Positions 1-9,987 are shown, counted from the first letter of the stretch. The stretch: 64,000 nt of DNA from Myxococcota bacterium (GCA_963674735.2 CAXXQS010000002.1:160001-224000), one strand, 5' to 3'. Notes: generated from the letters alone by a model not told the origin. Program-made: numbers and translations.

Positions 1-297
1 CAGGGATGGATTTCGTCGGTACCGCTTCCGCCCGACGAACGGAGGTTTCTGGAATCGAGGCCCGATAAATCGGAGAAAAAGTCCGAGTCCAAGACCGTCA
101 AGACCCTGAAGGCCGATGGTTGTGAAAACATCACACCCATCACCGAACCGGACTCCGATGCCACGCCGGTCGCTATCGCCGAACCGCCTGAAATCGTCCA
201 GAACGCCGTTTCCGAGCCCGGTATGGACGAGGACACCAGTTCGACCCATCTCGACGGCCAGGACGCCGATACGCAGCAGAAACTAACCCTGTTGTGA
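1..297 (+). CDS. 3' end of a hypothetical protein (partial, not in the ORF track)
   Basis: Frame 1 is open from base 1 (QGWISSVPLPPDERR...DTQQKLTLL) to TGA 295-297, which overlaps the GTG of the next ORF (GTGA). Confidence 0.55.
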   Translation, partial: QGWISSVPLPPDERRFLESRPDKSEKKSESKTVKTLKADGCENITPITEPDSDATPVAIAEPPEIVQNAVSEPGMDEDTSSTHLDGQDADTQQKLTLL

Positions 298-599
298 GCA
301 TCACTGGGCCGCTCCAACCGGTTGAAACTTTGCCGGTTGGAAGCGACCCGGTTACAGACGGAGAATCCATAATGACGTTAAGCACACCATTCGTCTGTAT
401 CGAAGGTAACTGGTTCGTGGCGGTCGAATGGCGGCCAGATGAACCGTTGCCAACCACGATGACCCTCCGGGCGTTGGACAAACAAGAGGTTGAATGGTTG
501 GAGCCTCGATTAGTCGACGCCAGCGCGGACGCGTGGGCCAGGATGTTTCAGAACGATGATGCAATCAGGAACGGTGCAGAACCGTCAGATGAGGATTGA
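294..599 (+). CDS. Hypothetical protein
   Basis: 101-aa ORF coupled to the upstream stop; no recognised motif. Confidence 0.5.
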   Translation: MSITGPLQPVETLPVGSDPVTDGESIMTLSTPFVCIEGNWFVAVEWRPDEPLPTTMTLRALDKQEVEWLEPRLVDASADAWARMFQNDDAIRNGAEPSDED

Positions 600-609
600 T
601 TAGATGTGG

Positions 610-822
610 TCAGAACAGCTCGGTAACATCAACATCCAGGGCACGGGCGATTTTGTAGATGGTCGTGATGGTGGGATTCCGCTCTCCCCTTTCAATGCCG
701 CCGATGTATGTCCTGTGGATGCCGATAAGGTCGGCAAACCCCTCCTGCGACCATTCCCGGTCTTCCCTCAGTTGCCGTACCCGGCGTCCAAATTCAATAC
801 ATTCTGAACCTTGCTTCTTCAT
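610..822 (-). CDS. XRE/HTH_3 regulator, RM controller (C) protein-like
   Basis: 70 aa with FGRRVRQLR..SQEGFADLIGIHRTYIGGIERGERNPT; the HRTY recognition helix is typical of C.PvuII/C.BamHI-type proteins. Confidence 0.9.
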   Translation of the reverse strand: MKKQGSECIEFGRRVRQLREDREWSQEGFADLIGIHRTYIGGIERGERNPTITTIYKIARALDVDVTELF

Positions 823-844
823 AGGAAGGATAATTCATTGAAAA

Positions 845-897
845 TACTTGACAGTCTACAGACTATGAGTAGCATTCGTAATGAAGACTAAAAGTAG
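845..897 (-). promoter_or_regulatory. C-box operator upstream of the C gene, plus an extra site
   Basis: Minus strand reads AATGC-TACT-CAT-AGTC-TGTA-GACT-GTCAAGTA, matching the GACT-N3-AGTC-TGTA-GACT C-box pattern. A further TACT-TTT-AGTC lies at 886-896. Plus-strand TTGACA at 848-853 overlaps the box. Confidence 0.75.
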
Positions 898-957
898 CGG
901 GTGGCGACTCATTTGCCGTCGATACTTGCCCCAACTGGGGAAATAGGAAGGTTTGCC

Positions 958-1818
958 ATGAAATATGCAGTGGGAATTTGGATTATTGCGACGCTTCTGT
1001 TTTCCGGGTGCCATTCGGGGACGGTAACGACCCATGATGATCCCGATGGTGATTCTGACGGGAAAAGATTAGAGGATGGTGACGGGTCAATACCCGATGG
1101 TGATACCGAGAATGATTTAGAAAACGACGCCGAGGATGGAGACACTATCGAACTGGATGGGTATATCGACTCGGATGGTGATAGCGAAAATGCCGAGGAT
1201 GGTAACGACGTACCGGAATGGGAAACTTGCCCACCGGATGAAGAATATGCTGCCCCCCATTCTTGTGAAGACATGCAAGGCACCTGCCCGGATGATCAAG
1301 TGTGCCTTATCTTTAGCGATGACATCAGTTGGTGTCTTGAGTGGAACCTTAATGCTGGATCATATGGGTGGAACCCTCCGTTGGACAACCCCACCAAAGA
1401 AGACTACCCCGAACCTCCGGAAGGTTACAGCGGTCTTGGTTCTGGGGGCATCTGGTTAATGGCTTGTACGAACGACCTGTGGGAATGCGAAGACGGGGAT
1501 GTGTGCTGTGATGATACTACGGAGCTCTACTACCCCGAAGGCTATACATGGGGTAATCCCGCCAAAGGATACATCTACCAGTGCGACGCCGAACATGAAC
1601 TCCATCTCCTTCCGACGAATGGGTGGTGTATCATCGGTTATAGCACGACGCCTTACAGGCCGGATTACGTTGTGAGGGATCTGGAAGCCAACCCCGACAA
1701 CTACTGTGAAGTTTGCGACGTGACCATCAGCCAGACCGAATGGACGCCCCGCACCGAGGGTGTTGGTTGCGGACAAGGTATGGTCTGTGACGGTGAAGGA
1801 AACTGCGTGGAACAGTAG
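958..1818 (+). CDS. Lipoprotein with DGD acidic stalk and Cys-rich domain
   Basis: ATG 958 after GGAAGG; signal MKYAVGIWIIATLLFSG-C; DGD-rich linker; Cys-rich C-terminus. Confidence 0.8.
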   Translation: MKYAVGIWIIATLLFSGCHSGTVTTHDDPDGDSDGKRLEDGDGSIPDGDTENDLENDAEDGDTIELDGYIDSDGDSENAEDGNDVPEWETCPPDEEYAAPHSCEDMQGTCPDDQVCLIFSDDISWCLEWNLNAGSYGWNPPLDNPTKEDYPEPPEGYSGLGSGGIWLMACTNDLWECEDGDVCCDDTTELYYPEGYTWGNPAKGYIYQCDAEHELHLLPTNGWCIIGYSTTPYRPDYVVRDLEANPDNYCEVCDVTISQTEWTPRTEGVGCGQGMVCDGEGNCVEQ

Positions 1819-1819
1819 G

Positions 1820-2158
1820 TCACTCCCGAATAAGTTCTATAACCTCACGCAGAGCGTCCCCGACAATCCGAACCTGTTCCCGTCGGTAGGCTTTGTCCTC
1901 GATTCGGGCCACGGCGAACGATTCGATGAGTGCCCGCGCCATTGTCCGTAATGTCCATGTCGGGTCATCGGCGTCACCGGTGGCGTATGGGATGTGAAGT
2001 TCTGTTGCTAAAGCCTCGATAAACCACCGGGCAAGAGTGTCGGCATCGTTATGGGAGCGGATGAATTGAAGCAGGTCGTTCAACCGGCGTTCGGATTCGT
2101 CCTGGTCGGCAGGGGCGGTCATGTTCAGTTCTCGGGCGTAATCGCTAAGTGAAAGCAT
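1820..2158 (-). CDS. Hypothetical helical protein
   Basis: 112 aa with a GGAGG RBS upstream, supplied by the adjacent repeat. Confidence 0.55.
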   Translation of the reverse strand: MLSLSDYARELNMTAPADQDESERRLNDLLQFIRSHNDADTLARWFIEALATELHIPYATGDADDPTWTLRTMARALIESFAVARIEDKAYRREQVRIVGDALREVIELIRE

Positions 2159-2167
2159 GGCAGGTAC

Positions 2168-2345
2168 CTCCTACCAGGATGTGCCGATAGCAATGAAACC
2201 GAACCGCACCCTCGAACCAACAAAACAAATCGAGAAAACGCTTTGCTGAAACCAGACGGTAGTTGACCCATGCCGGTGCCTTAACCGCCGCAGAAACACC
2301 CTTTCCGCTCAATGAATGATGTACGGGATGGCAGTCGAAACACAT
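2168..2345 (+). repeat. Island dispersed repeat, copy A
   Basis: Blocks CCTCCTACCAGGATGTGCCGATA, CAAAACAAATCGAGAAA and AACCGCCGCAGAAA-N-TTTCCGCTC recur at about 7443-7480, 10168-10261 and 11210-11354. Confidence 0.8.
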
Positions 2346-2570
2346 AATTGCTGGTTGGTTTGCGAGCTAAGACATGGATAAACTATGCGTGGCTTGAAGC
2401 TTGTTTTAGTTCAGTCCGGATAATCAATATCCTATCGAAACTTAATATAAATATTCAGAGCAATTGAATACTATTTTTGTTGACAAGGCATTTATGATTG
2501 TATATGTAATTAATTAGGACTGACTTGCCACACATACCGTCCTCCAATCTCAATCGCGGGAGAAACTGCC

Positions 2571-5500
2571 ATGCGTCTTGCTGTTGTTGTGTCTATTTGC
2601 TTGGTCCTTTTAGTGGTGATGACGCACGGAACCGTTTTTGCCCAAGAAACAGAATCCGAAATGCTGGAACTGAAAGCACTTAAAGATGCTTTCGGATATG
2701 AGGAAAACGACACGGACGAAATCCGCTGGCGTAAGTATACGTCCGCTCCTGCTTCGGTCAGGCAGGCATTGTGGAACCACCGTCTGACCCAGATAAATTC
2801 ATCCAAAACCGAGCAATTTCAAGAACGCATTGGGAAAGAAATACCCGATTACGTGGATGCTAAGGGTAAGGTAGCCAGTAAGCTTGAATCCATGTATGAG
2901 GAATCAGCTGGCGATTTGGTGGCTAAATGGAACGAAGTCTATGAATTCCCTCGACTGGTTGCCAACATCTGGCGGGAAGATTTGGCTGAAAATGAGGATG
3001 AAGCGCTGGCTTTGTTGCTGAAAGAACACGGACAAGATCTTGAAGAGCTTTTCGGCGTTCGTTTCGATGAAAACGTTTTTCTTACTCATACTGAAAGAGG
3101 CGGTGATGAAGTCGTCCGCTTTTTCTTTGAACACGCTGAATACGGTTACAAAGTTCCCAGAGAATTTATCGATATCACTCTTTCCCGTAGTCCCATTACG
3201 AAGAAATGGTACTTCCTGCAAGCCAGTGCCAAGCTTTCCTATTATGGTTTCTACCAGCCGAAAAGTGTCATTGAGCGGCATGAAGCCGGTACGTTGGCTG
3301 AATGCCAGAGTGATGAGAATCAGGCTTCTGCCGCTTGGCAAGAGCCGGTGTGGTGGCAAGGTGATTATCGTCGTTACCTTGTTTGGGCTTATAATATTAG
3401 TATCAATGAAACTCCCAAAGATATTGTTATTGATGTTGAAACTGGAGAAACTATTGCTACTTTGGGATATGGACAAGGGAATTGGATTGGGGGCAATGTT
3501 CAAGCAGAAGATATCTGGTCACACGATCTAAGAGATTATTTCAACTCATCTATTGATTTAAAACATGTTGGCATCTGGGCAGATGGTGGTAATTTTTTAG
3601 ATACTATAGATGCAAATGGGGATTGGTATTTTCAAAACGCTTACAGTAATACGACTGTAATTAACAGATTAACGAATCTTTTTTATGATTATTTGGGAGT
3701 TCCCCACAATTCTTTGTCTGAGCAGATTGGAATTCGTATTTCTGATGAGTACCAAATAAATTATGCATCCGATGTAACAAGTATTCCGCAAGGAACTAGT
3801 GGTTCATATGTTGCGGCGTTAAATGCTAGCACTAATTATCTTTATGATACTCTTGACAGTCAAGCATCAAACCCAGGTTCCTTGTCATGGGTCAATATGT
3901 ACTATAATGCACTTCTTGCTGTTGATACATTAAGAAGCAATGCATACAACACTTCCGACTTTGATGATAATCGTATTGATTATTACTCTCCGCTAAGCAA
4001 TGAGTCTGGAGCGAATGCTTCTTATGGCGCGCTTAACCACTGTATTATTACTTTGAATATCCCTACCAGCCCTTCTGCAGAATTGCGATGGCCAGATTTC
4101 ACTGGCCCCAATGGCGGAGGCGGAAAAGGCAGTATTCAAATTGCCCTTCATGAACTCGGTCATTGTTTACTTGGAACGGTTCGACATTTCTATGGTCATA
4201 ATTATTCTGGAGTATTTTCTCCTTCTGGAACTATTCGTTACGAAGACGATACCGATTGGGGACAGTGTTACGCTGGATCGCATAATCCTATTCCATGCTC
4301 ATTCGATATTGACTGTATAGTAGCTGGCTACAATAAGTGTAATCCCAATGATGGATACTGCCTTAAAGCCTGTAACGATGCCGATGATTGTGCCGAATAC
4401 TTTGGCACTTATGAAAGTACTTATTTCAGAGTCTGCCAAAATTTAACAATAGGAGGGGTGACAAATTCTTATTGTGGAATGAATGTTAGCAATGCATCTC
4501 CTGGGACGGCGTTTCATGATATGACGGCCGATCTTGTAAAGGATACATTCAGGCGCACACACTCAACCAATCTTGAATATGATGTCTATTTTAACAATCC
4601 ACTTTCAGAGAGTAAAAAATGGGGCGGTTTGGGTGAACCAAACGATGCCTGCCCCGAGGATTGTTATTCTCATAATCCTTACTGTTTCAGAATTTGGGCA
4701 CTTATTTTTCAACAACTTCGTTCTTTTGTCGGTTGGCAATATTTTCTTCCGATTGCTTTTGCCAGTACACTTGATGGGGGTATGAATGGCGGATTTGATG
4801 AAATTGCTTACCACTCAACAAGCAGTGATTTATTAATTCGTGCATTGTATGATGAAAATGGTGATAATCGTTCAGGAGTTGATCCTGTTTTAACGATGGA
4901 AATCGAAAAATCATATCGAAGTGGGTTTCAGGTAGCTTACAATGCGAATATGCCCATCGCGGATGATGTAACAGACGTCACCTACCATTCGATCTACATC
5001 AATCCCACCGATGGAGTGGACGCGTACGGAAACTCCAAGGAACATCTCTATCGGCGAAACCCCGTCACCAATAACAACGCAACGTTACGAATTCAGAATT
5101 GTCAGCGAAGTTCATCGCGCGACCAGGATCGCTTTGTTTTCTATGGACTACAAGGCATCAAGTATCGTATCGAAGGAGATGACAGCCTGTATGCCACCGA
5201 TGAGAATGCACTCGACCTGCACATGTATTTGTACAAGAACAGCACCTCAACGCAAGTTGGCTACAGTGACGACTATGCGTCCGGTGATAATCCGGTCATT
5301 TATTATACACCAACAGAAAATGGCTGGTATTACATCAAGCTTTTGAATACTGACCAAAGTGGGGTTGGACGATACGGTGTTCGGATCAAGACCTATAAAT
5401 ACAACTATATTCTCTCTAGCGATGACTATGCAAACGAACGTCTGGGAGCCTATCCGCTGGCGCGAGACAACCAACTGTCGGTTTCGAACTCATACTCCTA

Positions 5501-6248
5501 TCTAGATGGAAAATTAAACTATAGTGGAGACGTAGACTGGTTTAAAGTTCATATTCCAAGTGGAGCACCCAGCTTTTTACGAGCTGATGTTTTCAACATG
5601 GGGTCAAATAGTGCGGATGTTTCTTTGTACAATGCCTCTGGCAGTCTTCTTTCTTGGACATGCATTGGTACATATGATCGGACTTGCTACTACACAAATG
5701 CAGTTATTGATAGCTGGTACTACATTAAAGTTGCAGAAAGATCTGGATATTCCAGGGGACAATACAGAATTCGTGCATTTCAAAGCACCGACGAAGATGG
5801 TTTTGATAGTTCATCTTCGTATCCAGCATCATTAGAATTGGATATTGGCAGTCATCCAATCTATTCGGAGATCATACATGATTTCAACGATGTGGACTAT
5901 TACAGCCTTTCTGTCAATGAAGGTGATCGCGTTGTTATTGACACTTTCTCGCATACCGACGGTTTGAAAACGCGCATTGTAGCCTTGGTAAACGAAACAG
6001 GTAGTTGGGGAAGCGGTGATTTTGATAATATGAATTACGGTTTTTGGCCCCTTGCCTTTGATGAAGGGGGCGGCTTAACCGATGCTGATACAACCGAAGG
6101 TAGCACCTCACATCTAGTCGTGTCATCCGTTACGACCGGAATCATGTACATTCGTATTTCTAGCCAAAGGAACGATTCAACCGGAAAATATGAAATAGCC
6201 GTACGAAAGAACAATGGGTCGCAGATCCCGGACGTGGATGAATTCTGA
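2571..6248 (+). CDS. Secreted zinc metallopeptidase-like protein (PepSY-like prodomain, HEXXH, C-terminal PPC-like domains)
   Basis: Signal peptide ending VFA-Q; VIDVETGETI prodomain-like motif; LHELGH; repeated D(Q/V)D(R/W/Y)(F/Y)...YYIK...G.Y PPC-like modules. Confidence 0.75.
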   Translation: MRLAVVVSICLVLLVVMTHGTVFAQETESEMLELKALKDAFGYEENDTDEIRWRKYTSAPASVRQALWNHRLTQINSSKTEQFQERIGKEIPDYVDAKGKVASKLESMYEESAGDLVAKWNEVYEFPRLVANIWREDLAENEDEALALLLKEHGQDLEELFGVRFDENVFLTHTERGGDEVVRFFFEHAEYGYKVPREFIDITLSRSPITKKWYFLQASAKLSYYGFYQPKSVIERHEAGTLAECQSDENQASAAWQEPVWWQGDYRRYLVWAYNISINETPKDIVIDVETGETIATLGYGQGNWIGGNVQAEDIWSHDLRDYFNSSIDLKHVGIWADGGNFLDTIDANGDWYFQNAYSNTTVINRLTNLFYDYLGVPHNSLSEQIGIRISDEYQINYASDVTSIPQGTSGSYVAALNASTNYLYDTLDSQASNPGSLSWVNMYYNALLAVDTLRSNAYNTSDFDDNRIDYYSPLSNESGANASYGALNHCIITLNIPTSPSAELRWPDFTGPNGGGGKGSIQIALHELGHCLLGTVRHFYGHNYSGVFSPSGTIRYEDDTDWGQCYAGSHNPIPCSFDIDCIVAGYNKCNPNDGYCLKACNDADDCAEYFGTYESTYFRVCQNLTIGGVTNSYCGMNVSNASPGTAFHDMTADLVKDTFRRTHSTNLEYDVYFNNPLSESKKWGGLGEPNDACPEDCYSHNPYCFRIWALIFQQLRSFVGWQYFLPIAFASTLDGGMNGGFDEIAYHSTSSDLLIRALYDENGDNRSGVDPVLTMEIEKSYRSGFQVAYNANMPIADDVTDVTYHSIYINPTDGVDAYGNSKEHLYRRNPVTNNNATLRIQNCQRSSSRDQDRFVFYGLQGIKYRIEGDDSLYATDENALDLHMYLYKNSTSTQVGYSDDYASGDNPVIYYTPTENGWYYIKLLNTDQSGVGRYGVRIKTYKYNYILSSDDYANERLGAYPLARDNQLSVSNSYSYLDGKLNYSGDVDWFKVHIPSGAPSFLRADVFNMGSNSADVSLYNASGSLLSWTCIGTYDRTCYYTNAVIDSWYYIKVAERSGYSRGQYRIRAFQSTDEDGFDSSSSYPASLELDIGSHPIYSEIIHDFNDVDYYSLSVNEGDRVVIDTFSHTDGLKTRIVALVNETGSWGSGDFDNMNYGFWPLAFDEGGGLTDADTTEGSTSHLVVSSVTTGIMYIRISSQRNDSTGKYEIAVRKNNGSQIPDVDEF

Positions 6249-6273
6249 GAAACACCAGTTATAGGAGCTCACC

Positions 6274-7101
6274 ATGCAAAGAAGACATTTAACATCATCG
6301 TTTTCTATCTGGGTGCTGGTTGTTCTTATATCAGCTTGCAGTTCGGAATCCGATCCGGATTTGGGTTGGGTATCTATTCCGGCGGGTTCTTTTACCATGG
6401 GCTGTGAATCCTTTGAATCTTGTTTTGATTCTATTTGTTCATTCTGGACATGTGGAGCTTATGAATACCCGCAACGGACGGTCTCTGTCCCGCTTTTCGA
6501 GATAATGGCCACCGAGGTCACGCAAGCACAGTACAAAGCCGTTATCAGTACAAATCCTTTGGCGGGAACAAGCCAAGATTGTCGCGATTGCCCGGTTCAT
6601 CATGTATCCTGGCATGAGGCCCGCGTCTTTTGCGAAACCGTAGGTGGCCGATTGCCCAGCGACGCCGAGTGGGAATACGCCGCCCATGCCGGAACGGAAG
6701 GTCTCTATTATTGCGGTGATGAGATTTGCGGAAAAGATGTGGAGATTGAGGACTGCTGTCTATTCGACATCGCTTGGATTGCGGAAAGCGGCGGAGGCTC
6801 TGTACAGCCTGTGAGTCAGAAGCAGCCGAACGATTTTGGTCTTTACGATGTTTTAGGTAATGTGGCTGAATGGGTAGAAGACTGCGGGCATTATTCCAAT
6901 GATGATGCTCCGACTGACGGCAGCGCCTGGACGGAAAATTGTTCAAATTTTCCCAATTTTGATAATCACATAGCCGCGATTCATCGAGGAGGAAAGGCTG
7001 CCAGCACATACCGGGAGGTCGCTATACCAAATAGACATTATACTTCCCGCAATACCTATGAGATTCAGGTTGGTTTCCGCTGCGCTCGAGATGGGGAGTA
7101 G
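6274..7101 (+). CDS. FGE-sulfatase (SUMF1/EgtB/PvdO-like) domain lipoprotein
   Basis: Lipobox ISA-C; IPAGSFTMG, TEVTQAQY, RLPSDAEWEYAA, PNDFGLYDVLGNVAEW, GFRCAR. Confidence 0.88.
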   Translation: MQRRHLTSSFSIWVLVVLISACSSESDPDLGWVSIPAGSFTMGCESFESCFDSICSFWTCGAYEYPQRTVSVPLFEIMATEVTQAQYKAVISTNPLAGTSQDCRDCPVHHVSWHEARVFCETVGGRLPSDAEWEYAAHAGTEGLYYCGDEICGKDVEIEDCCLFDIAWIAESGGGSVQPVSQKQPNDFGLYDVLGNVAEWVEDCGHYSNDDAPTDGSAWTENCSNFPNFDNHIAAIHRGGKAASTYREVAIPNRHYTSRNTYEIQVGFRCARDGE

Positions 7102-7283
7102 ATGTAGACAAAGATTTCGTTTGACACGTCCTAAGATTCTTTTCCAAACTCGCTGACGTTAACGCAAGGAGAAGGACACTGCTACAGCATCATCTCGGTC
7201 ACCACCCAACAACAGACCCTAATTCGGCCCATGCCGAGATGATTGGTTTTTAAATCCCCCATCACCGAACTCGGTGTCGTCCC

Positions 7284-7666
7284 AAACAGGTCCCAGGGCT
7301 CCATATTCGGTCCTGGACGAGCGTTCTCGATGGGAGACGACATTACCCCGGCAAAAGTCCAATCAACAGCGTGGGGACGTTGAAAGGGAAGACACCGAGG
7401 CAGGTAGCTGCATCACCCGCGATACCCGTGCCCGGCTGATGCCCTCCTACCGGGGTATGCCGATATAGATTCTAAACCGGTCCCAGGACTCCATATTCGG
7501 CCCTGGACGAGTGTTCTCAGGGTGAGACGACTACTGACCCGGCACAAGCCCGATCAACAGCGTGGGGATGTTTATCGGAAGGACACCGAGGCAGGTAGCC
7601 GCGTCACATGCGTCACCTTGGCCCTACGGATGGCCTCTTGCCGGGCGAGGTCGGTACGGGTCATCC
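7284..7666 (+). repeat. Two diverged tandem ~190-bp units (7284-7473, 7474-7666), island repeat copy B
   Basis: Both units share GGTCCCAGG.CTCCATATTCGG.CCTGGACGAG, ATCAACAGCGTGGGGA and GACACCGAGGCAGGTAGC. The minus strand reads GISRARVSRVMQLP and MTRTDLARQEAIRRAKVTHVTRLP. Confidence 0.85.
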
Positions 7667-7776
7667 GACTTTTTTGTTGCAAGAGCTCCTAGAAAAGATA
7701 TTATAAGGCTTAATCAATTCAACGCAGTATCATCTGGCGGTTTCGGACGAATGCCGCCAATATTGAGGAGGGTTGC

Positions 7777-9846
7777 ATGAAACGTAATCTCTCGCTTTGG
7801 GTGTTTCTGGTGTGCGTAATTGTTGCGTTATCTCTGGTCGGTTGTAACGGTGGCGAATCAGATCCGGAGGGAGACGAGCCGGACGGCGACGAAATTGATG
7901 GCGATGGTATGGACGGTGATGGAAGCGATGGCGATATGGCGGATGGCGACATCCCTGATGGTGATGAGCCCGACGGTGATGTGATCGACGGGGACGGCAT
8001 CGATGGGGATATCGTGGATGGCGATGAGATAGACGGAGATGACGTAGATGGTGACGACGTAGACGGTGATAGCGTGGATGGTGACGGTGTGGATGGCGAC
8101 GCTGAGCAGGAAAACTATTTCAGGATTGCCGTGATATCGGGGTTGAAATACTCCTACTCTCACTACTCGATGGCCGACAACCTGAATGATGCCATTTCGT
8201 TCATCAATGCGCGCGATGATGTGGATTTCGTTCTGGTGCTCGGAGACTTGACCGTGTTCTATGCCACCAAGGCCCATACTCGGGACGAGGAGCCGACCTA
8301 CGAGGATTTCGCCGCTGATACGAAAACGGTGCTCGATACCCTGACCGTGCCGTATTACATCGTACCCGGGGATATGGACTACACCGAGAGTGTTTCCGTA
8401 CTGGATGGAGCCAGGGCGCACGAGTGGGTGACCAACAAAGCCACGCGCACGACGTTTTTGAAAAGCAACTGGGGCGATCACTACCCCGGCACCGGATTCT
8501 GGTACAGCTTTGAGCATCGAGGCATCAACTTCGTCGGACTCAATACCATGCTGGGTGACTACGGCGATCCCGTGGCCGGTCATGTCGGCTCCATCACTTC
8601 TCAAGCGGCCGGGTTGCAGAGTGTCTTTACCGGTCACGATGACGTGATTGTTTTCGGTCACCACCAGCCGGCCCTGACGCTGGAAGGGACGGGCGAAACC
8701 ACCTATTCCGATGTGATTGCCGCAAACAATGAAAAGGTGAAAGCCGTGTTTTCCGCCAGTACGGAAGAATTTCGGCAACAGTGGTTCAACAGCAAGCAAT
8801 ATTTTACTTTCGGTTCCACTGCCAATCGTGCCGAAAACGTGGCGATTGTCGAGATTCCGCTGACCGACGACCGTCTGGAAATGATCAACAAAGGGGATCT
8901 CCACTTCCAAAACGAAAGTGGTGCAGGCAGCTGTACACCGGGATCGAATATGATTGCCGATGAAAGTGATTTGCTCGATACGATACAAGGGGTTTTCATC
9001 AGCTCCTGGACTGCCAATTTTCCGGCCTTGCATCTTTTCTGGAATTTGATCGGCAAAGATCAGAACCACCGATCTTTCCCGCTGATGTTACATTTCAGGG
9101 AACTGGTCAGTGATGTGTTCACCGTCGTTTTCGCATTCGGCCAGTTCAGTCATAACGCTGAAGCCGGAACGCGCAGCGTCACTCAGTATGATGACTGGTA
9201 CTCCACTTGCGAAGCTTTGAGTTTCGATTTCGACAATCCCTGCCTGGTCGATCAAGCTCCGAACAGCAAGGTTTCCTCCGGTTTCGATGTCGATCTCCTG
9301 GGAGTGTTCGACATCCTCGGATATGCGCGTGAATGCGGGGCCACTATGCCCTTGACGGTTTCCGATTACACCTTTACTTTGCAGGCCGAAGAGGAGACGA
9401 AAAGCGAGCATTCGACGTATCTGAGTGGCGCGGAAATCAACGTGCCGTACGACGACTTGAAAGAGTCGATCGAGACCTTCATGATTCAGGCGTATTGCAC
9501 GGACGATTGTACCTATACGGTCTATGGAGATGCAAACTGCTACGCCGGTGGGCATGGGCACACCGGAGCTTGTTTGGGGGGAACGTTGGCGTTTGCCGAT
9601 ATTCCCTCAAGCTGCGATTACCAGATCGGCGGAAGTGATTTGGCGCTGAGTCTGCGTACCCTACATGCCTTGGTTTCGGAGAAAAGCGGGGAGACCATCA
9701 CGATCACCACCCGGGCCACGATCGCACATCAAATGGTAATTATGAGCCATAGCGAGTATACGGACGAGGGAGAAAAAACACCGTATTCCCTCAATGCCGA
9801 TGCGGTTTTCAACCCCGACAACACGACCTGCCCGGAAGCAAGATAA
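7777..9846 (+). CDS. Lipoprotein: 16 x (D/E)GD pentapeptide stalk, degenerate calcineurin-like phosphoesterase domain, unknown C-terminal domain
   Basis: GAGGAGG RBS; lipobox LVG-C; FRIAVIS, DFVLVLGDLT, PYYIVPGDMD, WYSFEHRGINFVGLNT, VFGHHQP. Confidence 0.85.
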   Translation: MKRNLSLWVFLVCVIVALSLVGCNGGESDPEGDEPDGDEIDGDGMDGDGSDGDMADGDIPDGDEPDGDVIDGDGIDGDIVDGDEIDGDDVDGDDVDGDSVDGDGVDGDAEQENYFRIAVISGLKYSYSHYSMADNLNDAISFINARDDVDFVLVLGDLTVFYATKAHTRDEEPTYEDFAADTKTVLDTLTVPYYIVPGDMDYTESVSVLDGARAHEWVTNKATRTTFLKSNWGDHYPGTGFWYSFEHRGINFVGLNTMLGDYGDPVAGHVGSITSQAAGLQSVFTGHDDVIVFGHHQPALTLEGTGETTYSDVIAANNEKVKAVFSASTEEFRQQWFNSKQYFTFGSTANRAENVAIVEIPLTDDRLEMINKGDLHFQNESGAGSCTPGSNMIADESDLLDTIQGVFISSWTANFPALHLFWNLIGKDQNHRSFPLMLHFRELVSDVFTVVFAFGQFSHNAEAGTRSVTQYDDWYSTCEALSFDFDNPCLVDQAPNSKVSSGFDVDLLGVFDILGYARECGATMPLTVSDYTFTLQAEEETKSEHSTYLSGAEINVPYDDLKESIETFMIQAYCTDDCTYTVYGDANCYAGGHGHTGACLGGTLAFADIPSSCDYQIGGSDLALSLRTLHALVSEKSGETITITTRATIAHQMVIMSHSEYTDEGEKTPYSLNADAVFNPDNTTCPEAR

Positions 9847-9866
9847 GTTCGGGCATCACCCCAAAC

Positions 9867-9901
9867 CACACGCCCCTCGGAAGTATTCCGGGGGGCGTGT
9901 G
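9867..9901 (+). terminator. Hairpin, probable terminator
   Basis: CACACGCCCCTCGGAA-GTA-TTCCGGGGGGCGTGTG, 20 nt after the stop codon; weak U-tail. Confidence 0.6.
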
Positions 9902-9987
9902 TTCGTTGCGCGACCTCCTAGAAAGGACTCGTTTGACCTTAGAAGGCGGGTAACCTTTACTGACTTGAGAATATTTTTAATGTGGCA

